From a virus, in the IMG/VR virus record IMGVR_UViG_3300045988_118684, positions 1 to 40,712 of that record: 40,712 bases of DNA; one strand, written 5' to 3'. Made by a program: the position numbers and the translations under genes. Below, one piece after another: positions 7,677 to 17,031 of this stretch. A model generated the notes under the pieces. It saw only the letters and a list, made by a program, of their open reading frames with translations, did no database searches and was not told where the DNA came from. Each line of letters opens with the position of its first letter. The first letter of the stretch is position 1.

Positions 7677-10015
7677 TACAAAAACGCCTCCTGAAATGCT
7701 ACTTCTACTTCATATGGCTGTGCCCAAGAAGAACGCTGAGTCAAAATCTGTGTGTCACCCGGAAGCAACCTGAATTTTTTCCAGTCATTATCGATGAGTT
7801 GAAGATCGGCATTAATCACGCCATTAACCAGTATCTGGCGGTTAGCAACATCAATCGTTGCAACGTCTCCAGCGCTAAAACGATTACTAAGATCATTCCA
7901 ATAATCAACGTTAAGCCATTCAATATCCATGTCATAAACGCCCATATCGGGATATGGATAGTTTTCAAACCGCTGAAACCAAAGCGTCGCTCCCGTGATT
8001 GGAAGCGACGCTTCATCTGATGTCAACATGATTGGCGGCATTATCAGCGGTGGATTTCTTGTAACCACTTCAGATGGCTTAATACCGCCTTGAACAATAC
8101 CAGCAAGCTGCAGATTGAGCGTACTACCAAGCTTAGTCAACTTGGCCTCATAATAGCGGCCATTGCTGAAAATACTGCGGTTAAGTGTCTGTTGGAAAAC
8201 TAATGTTGATCCCGCAAACACTTGGACATCGACATCATCTTTACCGGCATAATTTGATCTGATAATCACCTGATAGGCCACGCCCGTATCATTATCAAGC
8301 GTCATCTCAATGGCACCTAAGGCACTTACGTTGGAATTGAACTTGTAGCGCCATTTGGCCTGAAAGCTACCGGTATTGCTACCGTCAGAGGCATTTGTTG
8401 TCTTAAGATGCAGGGAAGGGCCTTCCCAATAATGTGAATTGGTTGGCAAGAAGACTGGCTCAACTGCTGAACCATCGTCATCCGCATACTTGACTGAACC
8501 TTCCATTACATTCTTCTGTGCCGCGATATAGTAGTAATGGCTGTTAGTTTGTCCAGTGTTATAAGCCGCACCAGCCGGTTCTTTATCGAAGCCTTCATAT
8601 CGAGCAACCTCTGATCGTTTTCGCTCAACGCCATCGGCTTCTTCTGGATTGCCAAACTGTAAAACACCACCTTGGCTATTGATTAAGGCAATCAAGCCGT
8701 TATCAGCATGCATAGTTGCCGTAATAACTGGCTCAACCGGATAGGTACCACCATTGTGAACCGTGATGGTATCGGCATAATATTCAGGATCCGCTGGGTT
8801 AGGCGACCATGGAGAAGCAGTGGTGCCTAGCTCAAGCTTAACCCAGACTTCGATGGTGGCATTCAGATTGTACATTTCAATATCAATCTGATTGGCTGTT
8901 CCCGTTAACGAACTTTTGGCGATTGTTTTTGGCACTGACGTATAAACGCCATTTCCGGTAATGGGAATCTGGTTAATTAATCCCGCCCAGTAATCTGTAC
9001 TTAGACCATCTTTAACATCAATATATGGCCCCATGCTATTAGTGGAGTCTACCTTCCCCTGATAATTGGTGACGATAACTTTAGCCACAGTAGTAATGGT
9101 CTTCCCTGACAAGTCTTCTGAAAGTTGCATATGAATGGGATACGCATCTTTTGAGGTCGTGTTGGATCCACTTGCGTGAGAAGCTATGGCAAAGTTCACT
9201 GGCACGTCCTTGTATGGTGTTGCCTTATCGCCTAGCTCTACTTTTGTTTCGCTCCAAGAATATGATCCAGATGCATTTCCATTAAAACAAGCAAGTTGTA
9301 AAAGTATTGTAGAGTAATCTATATTTTCGGGTGCAATGAATGTTATTGTGGCTTTCCCAGTTGCACTAAAGGCTACTGTAGAAATAAGATTTTGGCGCAC
9401 GCCATTGGCGTCTCCAGTCCAAGCTTGAAATAAAACGGTATTGTCTAATTGTTCTAGGTTCACACTAGCTGTATACTGCTTACCCGGTTTTCCATTAAAG
9501 TGGCCTATAGTTGTGATCAGCCAATCATCGCCAGTAGCAACCTGAGTGCCAACTGGATCTTCCAGTAATAAATTGCTTGTGTCCTTGTATGGCATGTTGT
9601 CAAACGTCTGCGTGGCTACCGAGTGGGCGATGCCATCGGGAACAGTGAATACTAGTTCTACCGTGGCAATGTAGTCAAAAGTACCGTCAAAGTCCTGACT
9701 CCCATCAAAAATAGCGTTGAAATATCTTCCCGGATAGTTTGACAACGTTAGCTGCTGAATAGTATCTGATTTCAAAGCATTAATTAATTCATCTTTAGTT
9801 TCAGCCACGGTAAGGTTCGTTTCTTGAGTCAAGATGGTTCCTTGGATAGTGATTTTTGTTTTAGCATTACGAGAATAAATCAGACTTTCACCATCTGATC
9901 GGCCTATTTGAGTATACTGATTGTCTTTGTATAGAAAGGGCATCGTCACGTTAGAAACAATAAAGTACGGTGATAAATCAAGACCACCATAATTCACTGT
10001 AATTTCTTTCTTCAA
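7676..10015 (-). CDS. Distal tail protein (Dit), enlarged form
   Basis: The N-terminus is siphovirus tail-component-like (MKKEITVNYGGLDLSPYFIVSNV). It lies between TMP and Tal. Its 779 aa compares with about 250-300 aa for a classical Dit. Confidence 0.75.
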   Translation of the reverse strand: MKKEITVNYGGLDLSPYFIVSNVTMPFLYKDNQYTQIGRSDGESLIYSRNAKTKITIQGTILTQETNLTVAETKDELINALKSDTIQQLTLSNYPGRYFNAIFDGSQDFDGTFDYIATVELVFTVPDGIAHSVATQTFDNMPYKDTSNLLLEDPVGTQVATGDDWLITTIGHFNGKPGKQYTASVNLEQLDNTVLFQAWTGDANGVRQNLISTVAFSATGKATITFIAPENIDYSTILLQLACFNGNASGSYSWSETKVELGDKATPYKDVPVNFAIASHASGSNTTSKDAYPIHMQLSEDLSGKTITTVAKVIVTNYQGKVDSTNSMGPYIDVKDGLSTDYWAGLINQIPITGNGVYTSVPKTIAKSSLTGTANQIDIEMYNLNATIEVWVKLELGTTASPWSPNPADPEYYADTITVHNGGTYPVEPVITATMHADNGLIALINSQGGVLQFGNPEEADGVERKRSEVARYEGFDKEPAGAAYNTGQTNSHYYYIAAQKNVMEGSVKYADDDGSAVEPVFLPTNSHYWEGPSLHLKTTNASDGSNTGSFQAKWRYKFNSNVSALGAIEMTLDNDTGVAYQVIIRSNYAGKDDVDVQVFAGSTLVFQQTLNRSIFSNGRYYEAKLTKLGSTLNLQLAGIVQGGIKPSEVVTRNPPLIMPPIMLTSDEASLPITGATLWFQRFENYPYPDMGVYDMDIEWLNVDYWNDLSNRFSAGDVATIDVANRQILVNGVINADLQLIDNDWKKFRLLPGDTQILTQRSSWAQPYEVEVAFQEAFL

Positions 10016-13000
10016 TTCGTATACCCCTTTCTTCTATTGGATAGCATGTTCTGAACACTCGTAATTTTTGACAGATAAGGATACTGAACTTGTGCAACTG
10101 CACGTCCATCCATATCAATCGTTGTATCGCGTTGCATCAGCGTCGACATCATAGACTGAATAGACATAAGCAACTTTTCAAGATTTTTTGTATCTAAAGA
10201 ATTGCTGACACTAACTGGCTGTTGACCAACCAACGATTGCGTCACCTGATTTGCTAGGCTAAGCGCTGTTGCATTTGCTGGAATATCTTTACCATTGGCG
10301 TATTGAGGTAATTTTGGAAACATTCTAGCCGTCATCCCTGCAGGGACAATTTGAGCATGCTTTTCAATTGGCCTAATCACATTGCGACCAAATGGAATCT
10401 CAATTCCACCATTAGGATGGAAAATAGCTTCACGGAACGTTGGACCTTTTTGATCGTTAACCATTGCGAGGCCACCGGCAAAATTGTTTGTGCCTTTTGC
10501 AAAGCCCATTGCGCTTCTGTCAGCAGCGCTCCAGCTTCGAGAGTCATCGTAAACTTTCGCATATTCTGCAATCAGCTTTATCTTTCTTTCCCCAGTTGGG
10601 AAACTATTGACAGAATCTGTAGCTTGTTTTGATGGGTAGGACGCGTTATCGATAGCCAATAAATTTTTGACTTTTTCTGGAAGACCGTTCCACAGTCCCA
10701 TTTGCTTTAGCGCAGAAACTACCGCTGCCCCCGTGCCATCTTGTGCTATCATTTGCTGAATTCTAGGATCAAGCGCCTGCCATCTTCCCATGCTATTAAG
10801 TGACTTGATAACTTCCACCGTTGCCGCATCACGTGCCAACAACACCGCGGTTTTCCAATCCTTGGTGTTCCACTGATTATTAGAGGCCATTGCAGAAATA
10901 ATGGCGGCCTTTGTTTCGTCATTAAGCTTAGCGTTTTTTTCAAGGAACTTTAGATCATCCCAACGTTTTTGACTAATCAAGGCGCTAGAAATCATTTCTG
11001 CGCCGTTTTCAGTCATCTTGCCTTCATGAACTAACAGCTTGATTTGATTCCACTTATTTGCGTTCTTAGTGGCCTTAGTAACCTCGTCTTGAGCATTGGT
11101 CTTCAATTGCCCTGTTTTGGGATCAAAAACAAGGTCATTCCAAGTCTCAGCCGCCGCTTTGGCCTTTCCACTAAGTTTTTCAATAGAAATGATTGTTGCA
11201 TTCGTTGCTTGCTCAGTTTTTTCGTAGGCATCTATAACGGCATCTGCCTGAGACTTTGTAAGTCCCATCGTACCCGTCAGATATTGTTTTTCCTCAGCAA
11301 GCCATTGCTTATGACTAACTCCTGTTTTCTTCGCATATTGTTCGCTAACCCTTGCTTCTGCAATAAGCTGCTGCTGGCTGGTTTCTGCAAACTGCGCTTG
11401 AAGATCAGAACGCGTCTGATAGTATGTGGCATCATCGATAACATGCTGATCATGCAGTTCTTTGAGTTGCGCAAAATAGGATTTTTCACTATCTCGAGAC
11501 TTTTTGAGTGCATCAGTCATACTAACATCAACATCTAGCAACGCTTTTGAGCTCATCTTGCCAATATCGCCAGTAAGCGCCGCAAGAACCTTTTTCTGTT
11601 TGCTAGATGATAAGCCAAGGGTTTTCACTTCAGACTCAGCCATTTGCACTTGAAGATTTTCAATTTCTCTCTTTTCGTCTTCAGTAATGTCGCGATGGTT
11701 TTTTGACGCATTTTTCGTAATGGCTTGAGCTTGGTTGTAATAGTCTTTCATCTGGGATAAAGCTTTGTTTTTGGACTTTTCGCTCTCTTGAAAATTATCT
11801 TCCAAGGTTGACCCCGCAAGACCTCCAATCTTTTTCGCTAAAGCGTCTACTTGTTTTGAATTGTCTGATAATCGCTTAGCAGTATCGTCCAACATAGTCT
11901 TAAAAGACTTGTCAATATCCGCCGCATTTTGAGACGCACTTTTTGAAGTATTGTTTAGTGAAGTCGTAACCTGTTGTTCCATATTCTGGAACTTGCTAGC
12001 TGCTTGATCGTTCACTGAACCAATGTCAGATCCCCATCTTGAAGCACGGTTGGACGACTCAACCATTTGTTTGCCGAAGCCTTCCCAAGCAACAACACCA
12101 ATCGTTGCCGCACCAGCTACAGCTATCATTCCAAGTCCTAACGGAGTCAATGCGCTTCCTAAAACGCCTGTTTCACCAGCGGCAACAGTCATTCTTCCGG
12201 CTAAATTTCCAATTAAGCCACCTGTATTGGTTGCGGCACCGCCAGCTTTCGTCAAGGTTCCTACAACATTACCCGTTGCATCTGTTAACTGACCCATAAC
12301 CGTCTTGGCTGCTTGCGACTTAGCACCCAATCCGGCTATTTTTGCAATAAGGCCAACTGATGAGGTACCTAATTTTCCAAGTCCTGTAGTTAATCTTCCA
12401 CCAATGCTAAGCACCGGGCCCATGGCAGCAGCCAACAACCCCCACTTAACAATGTTTTGCTGGACTTGTGGATTTAGTTTACCAAACCAATTAACAGCCT
12501 CAGTCAAGTCCTTGATAATAGGCTGCACACTAGGTAGAACTTTTTGTGCAAGCGTCATTCCTAAGTTTTCAACATTTTGTTGCAGAACTTTTAACTGATT
12601 TTGAGCAGATTTAAGGTTCTTTTCCGATAAGCTGCCCACATAATTCTTTTTCTCAGCCTTATCAACCTGACTATTCAATTCAGCTAACTGTTTGCTGTTT
12701 TGTGCGAGAATAATACCGGCTTGCTGACCAGTGGTACCAAAAAGACTGTTAAATACAGCTGCTTTTTTAGTCGCGCTCATGTCCTTGGTGTGCTGATTGA
12801 GTACGTCCATAATGGTGCTTAAACTCTTTAGGCTGCCATTAGAAGCAACAATTTCGTCTTTCTTAATGCCTAGAGCTCCAAGAACATCTTTTTTAGTTCC
12901 AATGTTCTTGATAGCGGTGTTCAAACTGACAATAACTTTACGCAGCCCAGTACCAGCCTTATCTGCTTCTACACCGTTGTTAGACAGAATACCTAAAGCA

Positions 13001-13992
13001 GATGCCGTTTCTGACAAGGTGAAATGAGCTTGGTGAGCAGTAGCACCAACATATGACATGCCAACACCAAGGGACTGGAAGTCCGTTGCTGTCAGATCGG
13101 CCGCATAAGCAAGCTCATTGACAGCTGTCTTGGTGTTTCTAGTCATCTTTGCAGTATTGCTTGATTTCATGCCAAATGATTCCAACGTTGACGATGCCAC
13201 AGAAACAACATCATTGAAATCATCGCCTGATGCCAAAGCACCTTGGAGTTCTGTTTTCATGGCAGCGATAGCTTGTTTAGACGTATAGCCACGTCGTACA
13301 AGTTCTTCATACCCTGCTGAAATCTTCTCAACAGATACGCCGTAATGATTGGAATACTGAATGGCGTCTGATTGCATCTTATTGACACCAGAAATGGCTT
13401 CTTTTGCTGACTCGCCACCGGTAGTAAGCAAGTTCGTAATGACTAGAAGCTGATTTTGAAATTTAATTGCTTTAGCAGTCGCAGCAACAAAAGCTGTAGC
13501 TATAGGCACAGTGATGCCAGTAGTCATGCTGTCGCCAAGTGACTTCATGCGATTGCCAATAGCTATCTGAGCGGTACCAAGTTTGTTAATTGCACCGGTG
13601 ACGCCGGTTGTTTTAACACTCATTTCGGCTTCTGCTTTGGCGGTATTGATGTACTGTTTAGCCAGTGATGCTAGTTTCGCTTGTTCAGCTTCAAAATTAG
13701 CCGCTAGTCTAGCGGAACTTTTTGTCATTTCGCCTTTTGAAGTCAGTGATCCATCATATGCCTTCTTAGACTCGGCCACGACCTTTGACTGCGCAGCAAT
13801 CATCTTGGTCAAGCCTTGTTCTTTAGCACTTAAGCCGTCTACTTTACTTCCAAAAGCGTCATAAAAAGAGGCCTGAGCTTTCATCTCAGACCCGAAATAC
13901 TTCAACTGTGACTTGGCATTCTTCAGACCGTTACCGAACTTGGTATCATCAAGCCCAAGCTCGATCATCATTTGACCTAATGGTTCTGCCAA
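10012..13992 (-). CDS. Tape measure protein
   Basis: 1326 aa, helical and Ala/Lys/Gln-rich with a Gly/Ala-rich hydrophobic central segment. The TTG start follows GGAAGGAGGAAACAAA. It lies after the G/GT chaperone. Confidence 0.9.
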   Translation of the reverse strand: MAEPLGQMMIELGLDDTKFGNGLKNAKSQLKYFGSEMKAQASFYDAFGSKVDGLSAKEQGLTKMIAAQSKVVAESKKAYDGSLTSKGEMTKSSARLAANFEAEQAKLASLAKQYINTAKAEAEMSVKTTGVTGAINKLGTAQIAIGNRMKSLGDSMTTGITVPIATAFVAATAKAIKFQNQLLVITNLLTTGGESAKEAISGVNKMQSDAIQYSNHYGVSVEKISAGYEELVRRGYTSKQAIAAMKTELQGALASGDDFNDVVSVASSTLESFGMKSSNTAKMTRNTKTAVNELAYAADLTATDFQSLGVGMSYVGATAHQAHFTLSETASALGILSNNGVEADKAGTGLRKVIVSLNTAIKNIGTKKDVLGALGIKKDEIVASNGSLKSLSTIMDVLNQHTKDMSATKKAAVFNSLFGTTGQQAGIILAQNSKQLAELNSQVDKAEKKNYVGSLSEKNLKSAQNQLKVLQQNVENLGMTLAQKVLPSVQPIIKDLTEAVNWFGKLNPQVQQNIVKWGLLAAAMGPVLSIGGRLTTGLGKLGTSSVGLIAKIAGLGAKSQAAKTVMGQLTDATGNVVGTLTKAGGAATNTGGLIGNLAGRMTVAAGETGVLGSALTPLGLGMIAVAGAATIGVVAWEGFGKQMVESSNRASRWGSDIGSVNDQAASKFQNMEQQVTTSLNNTSKSASQNAADIDKSFKTMLDDTAKRLSDNSKQVDALAKKIGGLAGSTLEDNFQESEKSKNKALSQMKDYYNQAQAITKNASKNHRDITEDEKREIENLQVQMAESEVKTLGLSSSKQKKVLAALTGDIGKMSSKALLDVDVSMTDALKKSRDSEKSYFAQLKELHDQHVIDDATYYQTRSDLQAQFAETSQQQLIAEARVSEQYAKKTGVSHKQWLAEEKQYLTGTMGLTKSQADAVIDAYEKTEQATNATIISIEKLSGKAKAAAETWNDLVFDPKTGQLKTNAQDEVTKATKNANKWNQIKLLVHEGKMTENGAEMISSALISQKRWDDLKFLEKNAKLNDETKAAIISAMASNNQWNTKDWKTAVLLARDAATVEVIKSLNSMGRWQALDPRIQQMIAQDGTGAAVVSALKQMGLWNGLPEKVKNLLAIDNASYPSKQATDSVNSFPTGERKIKLIAEYAKVYDDSRSWSAADRSAMGFAKGTNNFAGGLAMVNDQKGPTFREAIFHPNGGIEIPFGRNVIRPIEKHAQIVPAGMTARMFPKLPQYANGKDIPANATALSLANQVTQSLVGQQPVSVSNSLDTKNLEKLLMSIQSMMSTLMQRDTTIDMDGRAVAQVQYPYLSKITSVQNMLSNRRKGYTN

Positions 13993-14007
13993 TTTGTTTC
14001 CTCCTTC

Positions 14008-14489
14008 CTACATTGATTTGATAAAGTCGGCAAGCGAGACTGCCTTTTCTTTTTCTGGTTCACTTTGCAGCAGCACCTCTTGTAGCGTCTCCCAATCAGT
14101 TTTCATAATGTCATTGATCGTGAACCCCGGAACATTTGTAACAACCGAACGAATCATTTTGTAGATTTGATTTAATGCTTCTTTTCTGCTGATTCGCTCG
14201 CTGCCACTTTTTTTGGGTCAATCCCGAAAAGCTGCTGATTGAAGGTGTTAAATACTTTGTTGAAGTCCCAAGCGGCAACACCGTCTAAAATTCGTTGCTT
14301 AGTTACGCTTTTGTCTTCAAAACAAGAAGCCATAAATTCTGCGTTTTTTTCCATCCAATCTGATTCATCTAGATCAGGAAAGTTCTCGGGAGTTAGTTTT
14401 AAGCCTTCGATCAGTTTTAAGGCGGGCACGAATGTTTCTTGAAAGTGCTCAACCTTGCCATCTTTATTACGTAAATCAAGTTTTAGCAT
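14008..14489 (-). CDS. Tail assembly chaperone -1 frameshift product (gpGT-like)
   Basis: Slippery A AAA AAA is at 14214..14208 in the zero frame CCA AAA AAA GTG. The -1 frame stays open to TAG 14010..14008 and reads KKSGSERISRKEALNQIYKMIRSVVTNVPGFTINDIMKTDWETLQEVLL..ADFIKSM. Confidence 0.7.
14172..14489 (-). CDS. Tail assembly chaperone (gpG-like)
   Basis: ATG at 14489 lies 6 nt after AAGGAGA. It sits between the major tail protein and TMP and contains the A AAA AAA slippery site near its 3' end. Confidence 0.8.
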   Translation of the reverse strand: MLKLDLRNKDGKVEHFQETFVPALKLIEGLKLTPENFPDLDESDWMEKNAEFMASCFEDKSVTKQRILDGVAAWDFNKVFNTFNQQLFGIDPKKVAASESAEKKH

Positions 14490-14563
14490 GATAAGTCTCC
14501 TTATTTTAGATGCCGCCCTGAACTCAATCAGCATTGTTTATTTCTGAGGCGACAATTGTATTT

Positions 14564-14830
14564 TTAAGCAGCAGTTACGGTTACCGATGTGCTTGCTGTT
14601 TTGCTTCCATCGTGTGTCGTCACAGTGACGGTTGCAGATCCAGCCGAAATACCAGTTACAACGCCATTAGCATTGACAGTAGCGACTGCTGTGCTGCTTG
14701 ATGCAAAACTAACAGACTTGTCAGTTGCATCCGTTGGACTAACTGTAGCCGTCAATGCGGTGGTTGATCCAACTTTCACGCTCGCTGTTGCCGGTGTCAG
14801 AGATACCCCAGACACCGTTACGGGTTTGGG
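14564..14830 (-). CDS. Ig-like (Big_2) C-terminal extension of the major tail protein, reached by a probable -1 frameshift
   Basis: Heptamer C CCA AAC is at 14830..14824, followed by a 6-nt spacer and a 7-bp stem CGGTGTC/GACACCG. The downstream ORF is in the -1 frame, has no SD, and has a Big_2-like sequence. Confidence 0.6.
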   Translation of the reverse strand, partial: PKPVTVSGVSLTPATASVKVGSTTALTATVSPTDATDKSVSFASSSTAVATVNANGVVTGISAGSATVTVTTHDGSKTASTSVTVTAA

Positions 14831-15408
14831 GTTGCCTTTAAAACCTGCGCCTTCACCGTGCTAATAGCTGTTGCATCAGACCCGACATATTTAGCAACGT
14901 ACTCGCCTTTTTGATCACCATCATCAGGTGAACCGGCCGCAGTAAACGTATAGCTATCGCCTTCTGGTGCCTTCTTGTCAGCTGGATCTTGTGTATTCAA
15001 GGTCTCTTTGTCCTTGGCAAATTTGCCGCGGAAGAATCCTAAATAGGCACTGTCCCCAGCCAAACTTTCTGCTTCCAAAAGAACGCCGCAGTATGGTGGG
15101 TTAGTGTCATTACCCACATAGGTAATGCCTGCTTCGGTAGTTTTCTGGCCAAGGATCTTTGCTTCAGAATCAAATGGCAGATCAATCAAGGTAAAGTCCA
15201 CAGATACTTCACCAACACCCTCTTGAGAAATCCAATATTCAATATCTGATGCAGCCGTTTTCAACGGATTGCTTGCTAATCCTGAAATTTCGGCGGTAAT
15301 AGTACCACCTTTGTTTTGATCGCCTTGGATAACAATTGGATCACCATCGGGAACCCCTAATTTGTCAAACGGTTGAATGGTCATGCGTGGAAAATGTACT
15401 AAAGTCAT
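14818..15408 (-). CDS. Major tail (tube) protein
   Basis: 196 aa, with ATG 7 nt after AAGGAG. It occupies the canonical position upstream of the chaperone. Confidence 0.85.
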   Translation of the reverse strand: MTLVHFPRMTIQPFDKLGVPDGDPIVIQGDQNKGGTITAEISGLASNPLKTAASDIEYWISQEGVGEVSVDFTLIDLPFDSEAKILGQKTTEAGITYVGNDTNPPYCGVLLEAESLAGDSAYLGFFRGKFAKDKETLNTQDPADKKAPEGDSYTFTAAGSPDDGDQKGEYVAKYVGSDATAISTVKAQVLKATPNP

Positions 15409-15422
15409 GTGATGACTCCTTT

Positions 15423-15800
15423 CTAATAGTTAGCGTCATAAAGCTGTGTGACAGTTCGATATCGCCGTGCATCGACATACCGTTTCGTGTCACTAAAAAA
15501 CTCGTCAAGCCCCTCGGATAATTGCGAGAAGCCTAACGAGTACATGTGTTTTTTGATTGCTTGTTGTATCTGCTTACACAGCATGCGATCACCGGATTGC
15601 ACATCAATCTGGTAAGTTAGCTGTTGTGCTAATTCTTTATCACTGGCACCAAAAGCAGCTGTTGGAGGAGATAACGGTTTGATGAGAACAAACGTTTCCT
15701 TAGAAGCTGCCTCTGGATAGTCGTAATACTTAATCGGGTACTGAGATACTAGCGGATCACCACGTATCTCTGTATAAATCGTGTTCAGCATGTCTTTCAT
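15423..15800 (-). CDS. Tail terminator / tail completion-like protein
   Basis: 125 aa. The call rests on position between the HK97 gp10-like gene and the major tail gene. Confidence 0.5.
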   Translation of the reverse strand: MKDMLNTIYTEIRGDPLVSQYPIKYYDYPEAASKETFVLIKPLSPPTAAFGASDKELAQQLTYQIDVQSGDRMLCKQIQQAIKKHMYSLGFSQLSEGLDEFFSDTKRYVDARRYRTVTQLYDANY

Positions 15801-16210
15801 AGCAGTTTCCTCAATTCAGCCGCTTCTAGCTCTTTAAGCTTTGGCTGCATTTCATCATAGGATGACCGAATTTTTCCTATGCCCCTTGGAGCATACGTTC
15901 GCCCGTTTCGGGTGTACCCAAATTCGTTGAGATGAACTAAGCGCCACCGTTGTTTTGAACCATCACCAGACCACCCAATCTTGATATTGCGAACCCCACC
16001 ACGAAGCCGTGGCTTTCCCGCAGTAATTTCATTGACCGTTGCGCCAGTGTCTCGATAGCTTGCTGCAGCTTGCTTAAGCTCAACAACTGCATACCGGCCA
16101 GCGATGGTTAACGCGTTGTTGACATATTTAGCAACCTTGCGATCACTAAATTTTTGACTTAGCTTGTTTTCTAAGTCTTCTAAACCTTTAACGTCCAAAG
16201 TTACTGTCAT
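15797..16210 (-). CDS. HK97 gp10-like head-tail joining protein
   Basis: 137 aa with the motif RLVHLNEFGY. The call also rests on synteny. Confidence 0.65.
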   Translation of the reverse strand: MTVTLDVKGLEDLENKLSQKFSDRKVAKYVNNALTIAGRYAVVELKQAAASYRDTGATVNEITAGKPRLRGGVRNIKIGWSGDGSKQRWRLVHLNEFGYTRNGRTYAPRGIGKIRSSYDEMQPKLKELEAAELRKLL

Positions 16211-16593
16211 TGCTTCGCCCCCAATACCAGCGTAATGAACCTGTTGGCTTCAAAATCATGGCGAACTTCTTCAATCTGCCATTCCTTAACTTCCTGATAG
16301 CGAGAATCTTCAATAAACGCTGTCATTTTGTTGTTAGGAATGAATTCACCCTTGGTATCGCGAATAATCACAGTGACGCCCAGGTCAACCTCATGGCTAT
16401 CAAGAACTACCTTGTCTTTATTGCTTGGCGAATAGGCATCGCAAAGACAAAAAAACACTTCTTTAGGCTCAATGTCTGTCGGCTCTGGTGAATCGCCAAC
16501 ATCTTGAGCATAGAAGTGGATCGGTATTCTTAATTTTCCACTATCGACTTTGGGAGGCTGATACTGAAAGCTTGGGCGACTAACCATTGTCAT
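16207..16593 (-). CDS. Head closure / head-tail adaptor protein
   Basis: The call rests on synteny. Likely starts are ATG 16593 or 16587, after GAGGAGG. The tracked start at 16605 overlaps the upstream gene more deeply. Confidence 0.65.
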   Translation of the reverse strand: MTMVSRPSFQYQPPKVDSGKLRIPIHFYAQDVGDSPEPTDIEPKEVFFCLCDAYSPSNKDKVVLDSHEVDLGVTVIIRDTKGEFIPNNKMTAFIEDSRYQEVKEWQIEEVRHDFEANRFITLVLGAKQ

Positions 16594-16870
16594 CGTCCTC
16601 CTCACCGTATGCTTGCAGGCTTAGGCCAATGATCGTAGACAGAAAGTTGTCTTCGAAAAATTCAGCCTGATCATTGTAGACATACCTAGTGCGTTCAATG
16701 ACAAGCTCTTTGAATTGGTTATTGGTGATATCAGACACTCCAGTCATGCGATTAACTGCATCGTACGAGGCTTGTAGCATGTTTTTAAGCTCAGCGTCTT
16801 CTGATGAGTGGTAAATGCTCATTCGAGCTTTAAATTCTGTCAAAAGCGATTCAACCTGATCATCATTCAT
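16580..16870 (-). CDS. gp6-like head-tail connector protein
   Basis: 96 aa and acidic, typical of the DNA-packaging/connector family. It is the first gene after the capsid gene. Confidence 0.7.
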   Translation of the reverse strand: MNDDQVESLLTEFKARMSIYHSSEDAELKNMLQASYDAVNRMTGVSDITNNQFKELVIERTRYVYNDQAEFFEDNFLSTIIGLSLQAYGEEDDDNG

Positions 16871-17015
16871 CTGGTGTCACCCCCGCAAGTTTCTGTAAAT
16901 CTGCCTTTAATGCATTGCTTGGGTAACTGATTCCCTTTGAATCGAGGTATGACTTAAGCTGTGCAACGGTGGAGTTGCTGTCTACCCCCGCTTCAACGGG
17001 GGATACTATTCCCCC
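16863..17015 (-). CDS. Probable -1 frame C-terminal extension of the major capsid protein (HeH-like motif)
   Basis: The -1 frame is open across 17039..16863 with no start codon until near its end. It reads GIVSPVEAGVDSNSTVAQLKSYLDSKGISYPSNALKADLQKLAGVTPDE. A G5 run at 17015..17011 is followed by a hairpin 6 nt downstream. Confidence 0.5.
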   Translation of the reverse strand, partial: GGIVSPVEAGVDSNSTVAQLKSYLDSKGISYPSNALKADLQKLAGVTPDE

Positions 17016-17031
17016 GTTGAAGCGGGGGTAG
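16982..17031. repeat. Perfect 22-6-22 palindrome spanning the capsid gene stop
   Basis: + strand reads CTACCCCCGCTTCAACGGGGGA TACTAT TCCCCCGTTGAAGCGGGGGTAG. Each arm can also fold alone as CCCCCG-N6-CGGGGG. Confidence 0.95.

Noticed and set aside
10351-13864. Multiple + strand ORFs antisense to the tape measure gene, and similar shadows opposite capsid, Tal, protease, DnaC-like and DUF1351 genes (for example 11044..11538, 17729..18154, 18219..18614, 31410..32105, 35370..35795)
   Set aside because: These are shadow ORFs of long, well-supported - strand genes. They lack SD sequences and their translations are Ser/Leu/Cys/Phe-rich nonsense.
16982-17031. The 22-6-22 palindrome as a simple rho-independent terminator after the capsid gene
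   Set aside because: No T-run follows the hairpin on the - strand, and the next gene starts 112 nt later in the same operon. The open -1 frame running through it makes a recoding signal more likely. A recombinase core-site role (inverted arms around a 6-bp spacer) cannot be excluded and is mentioned in the findings.
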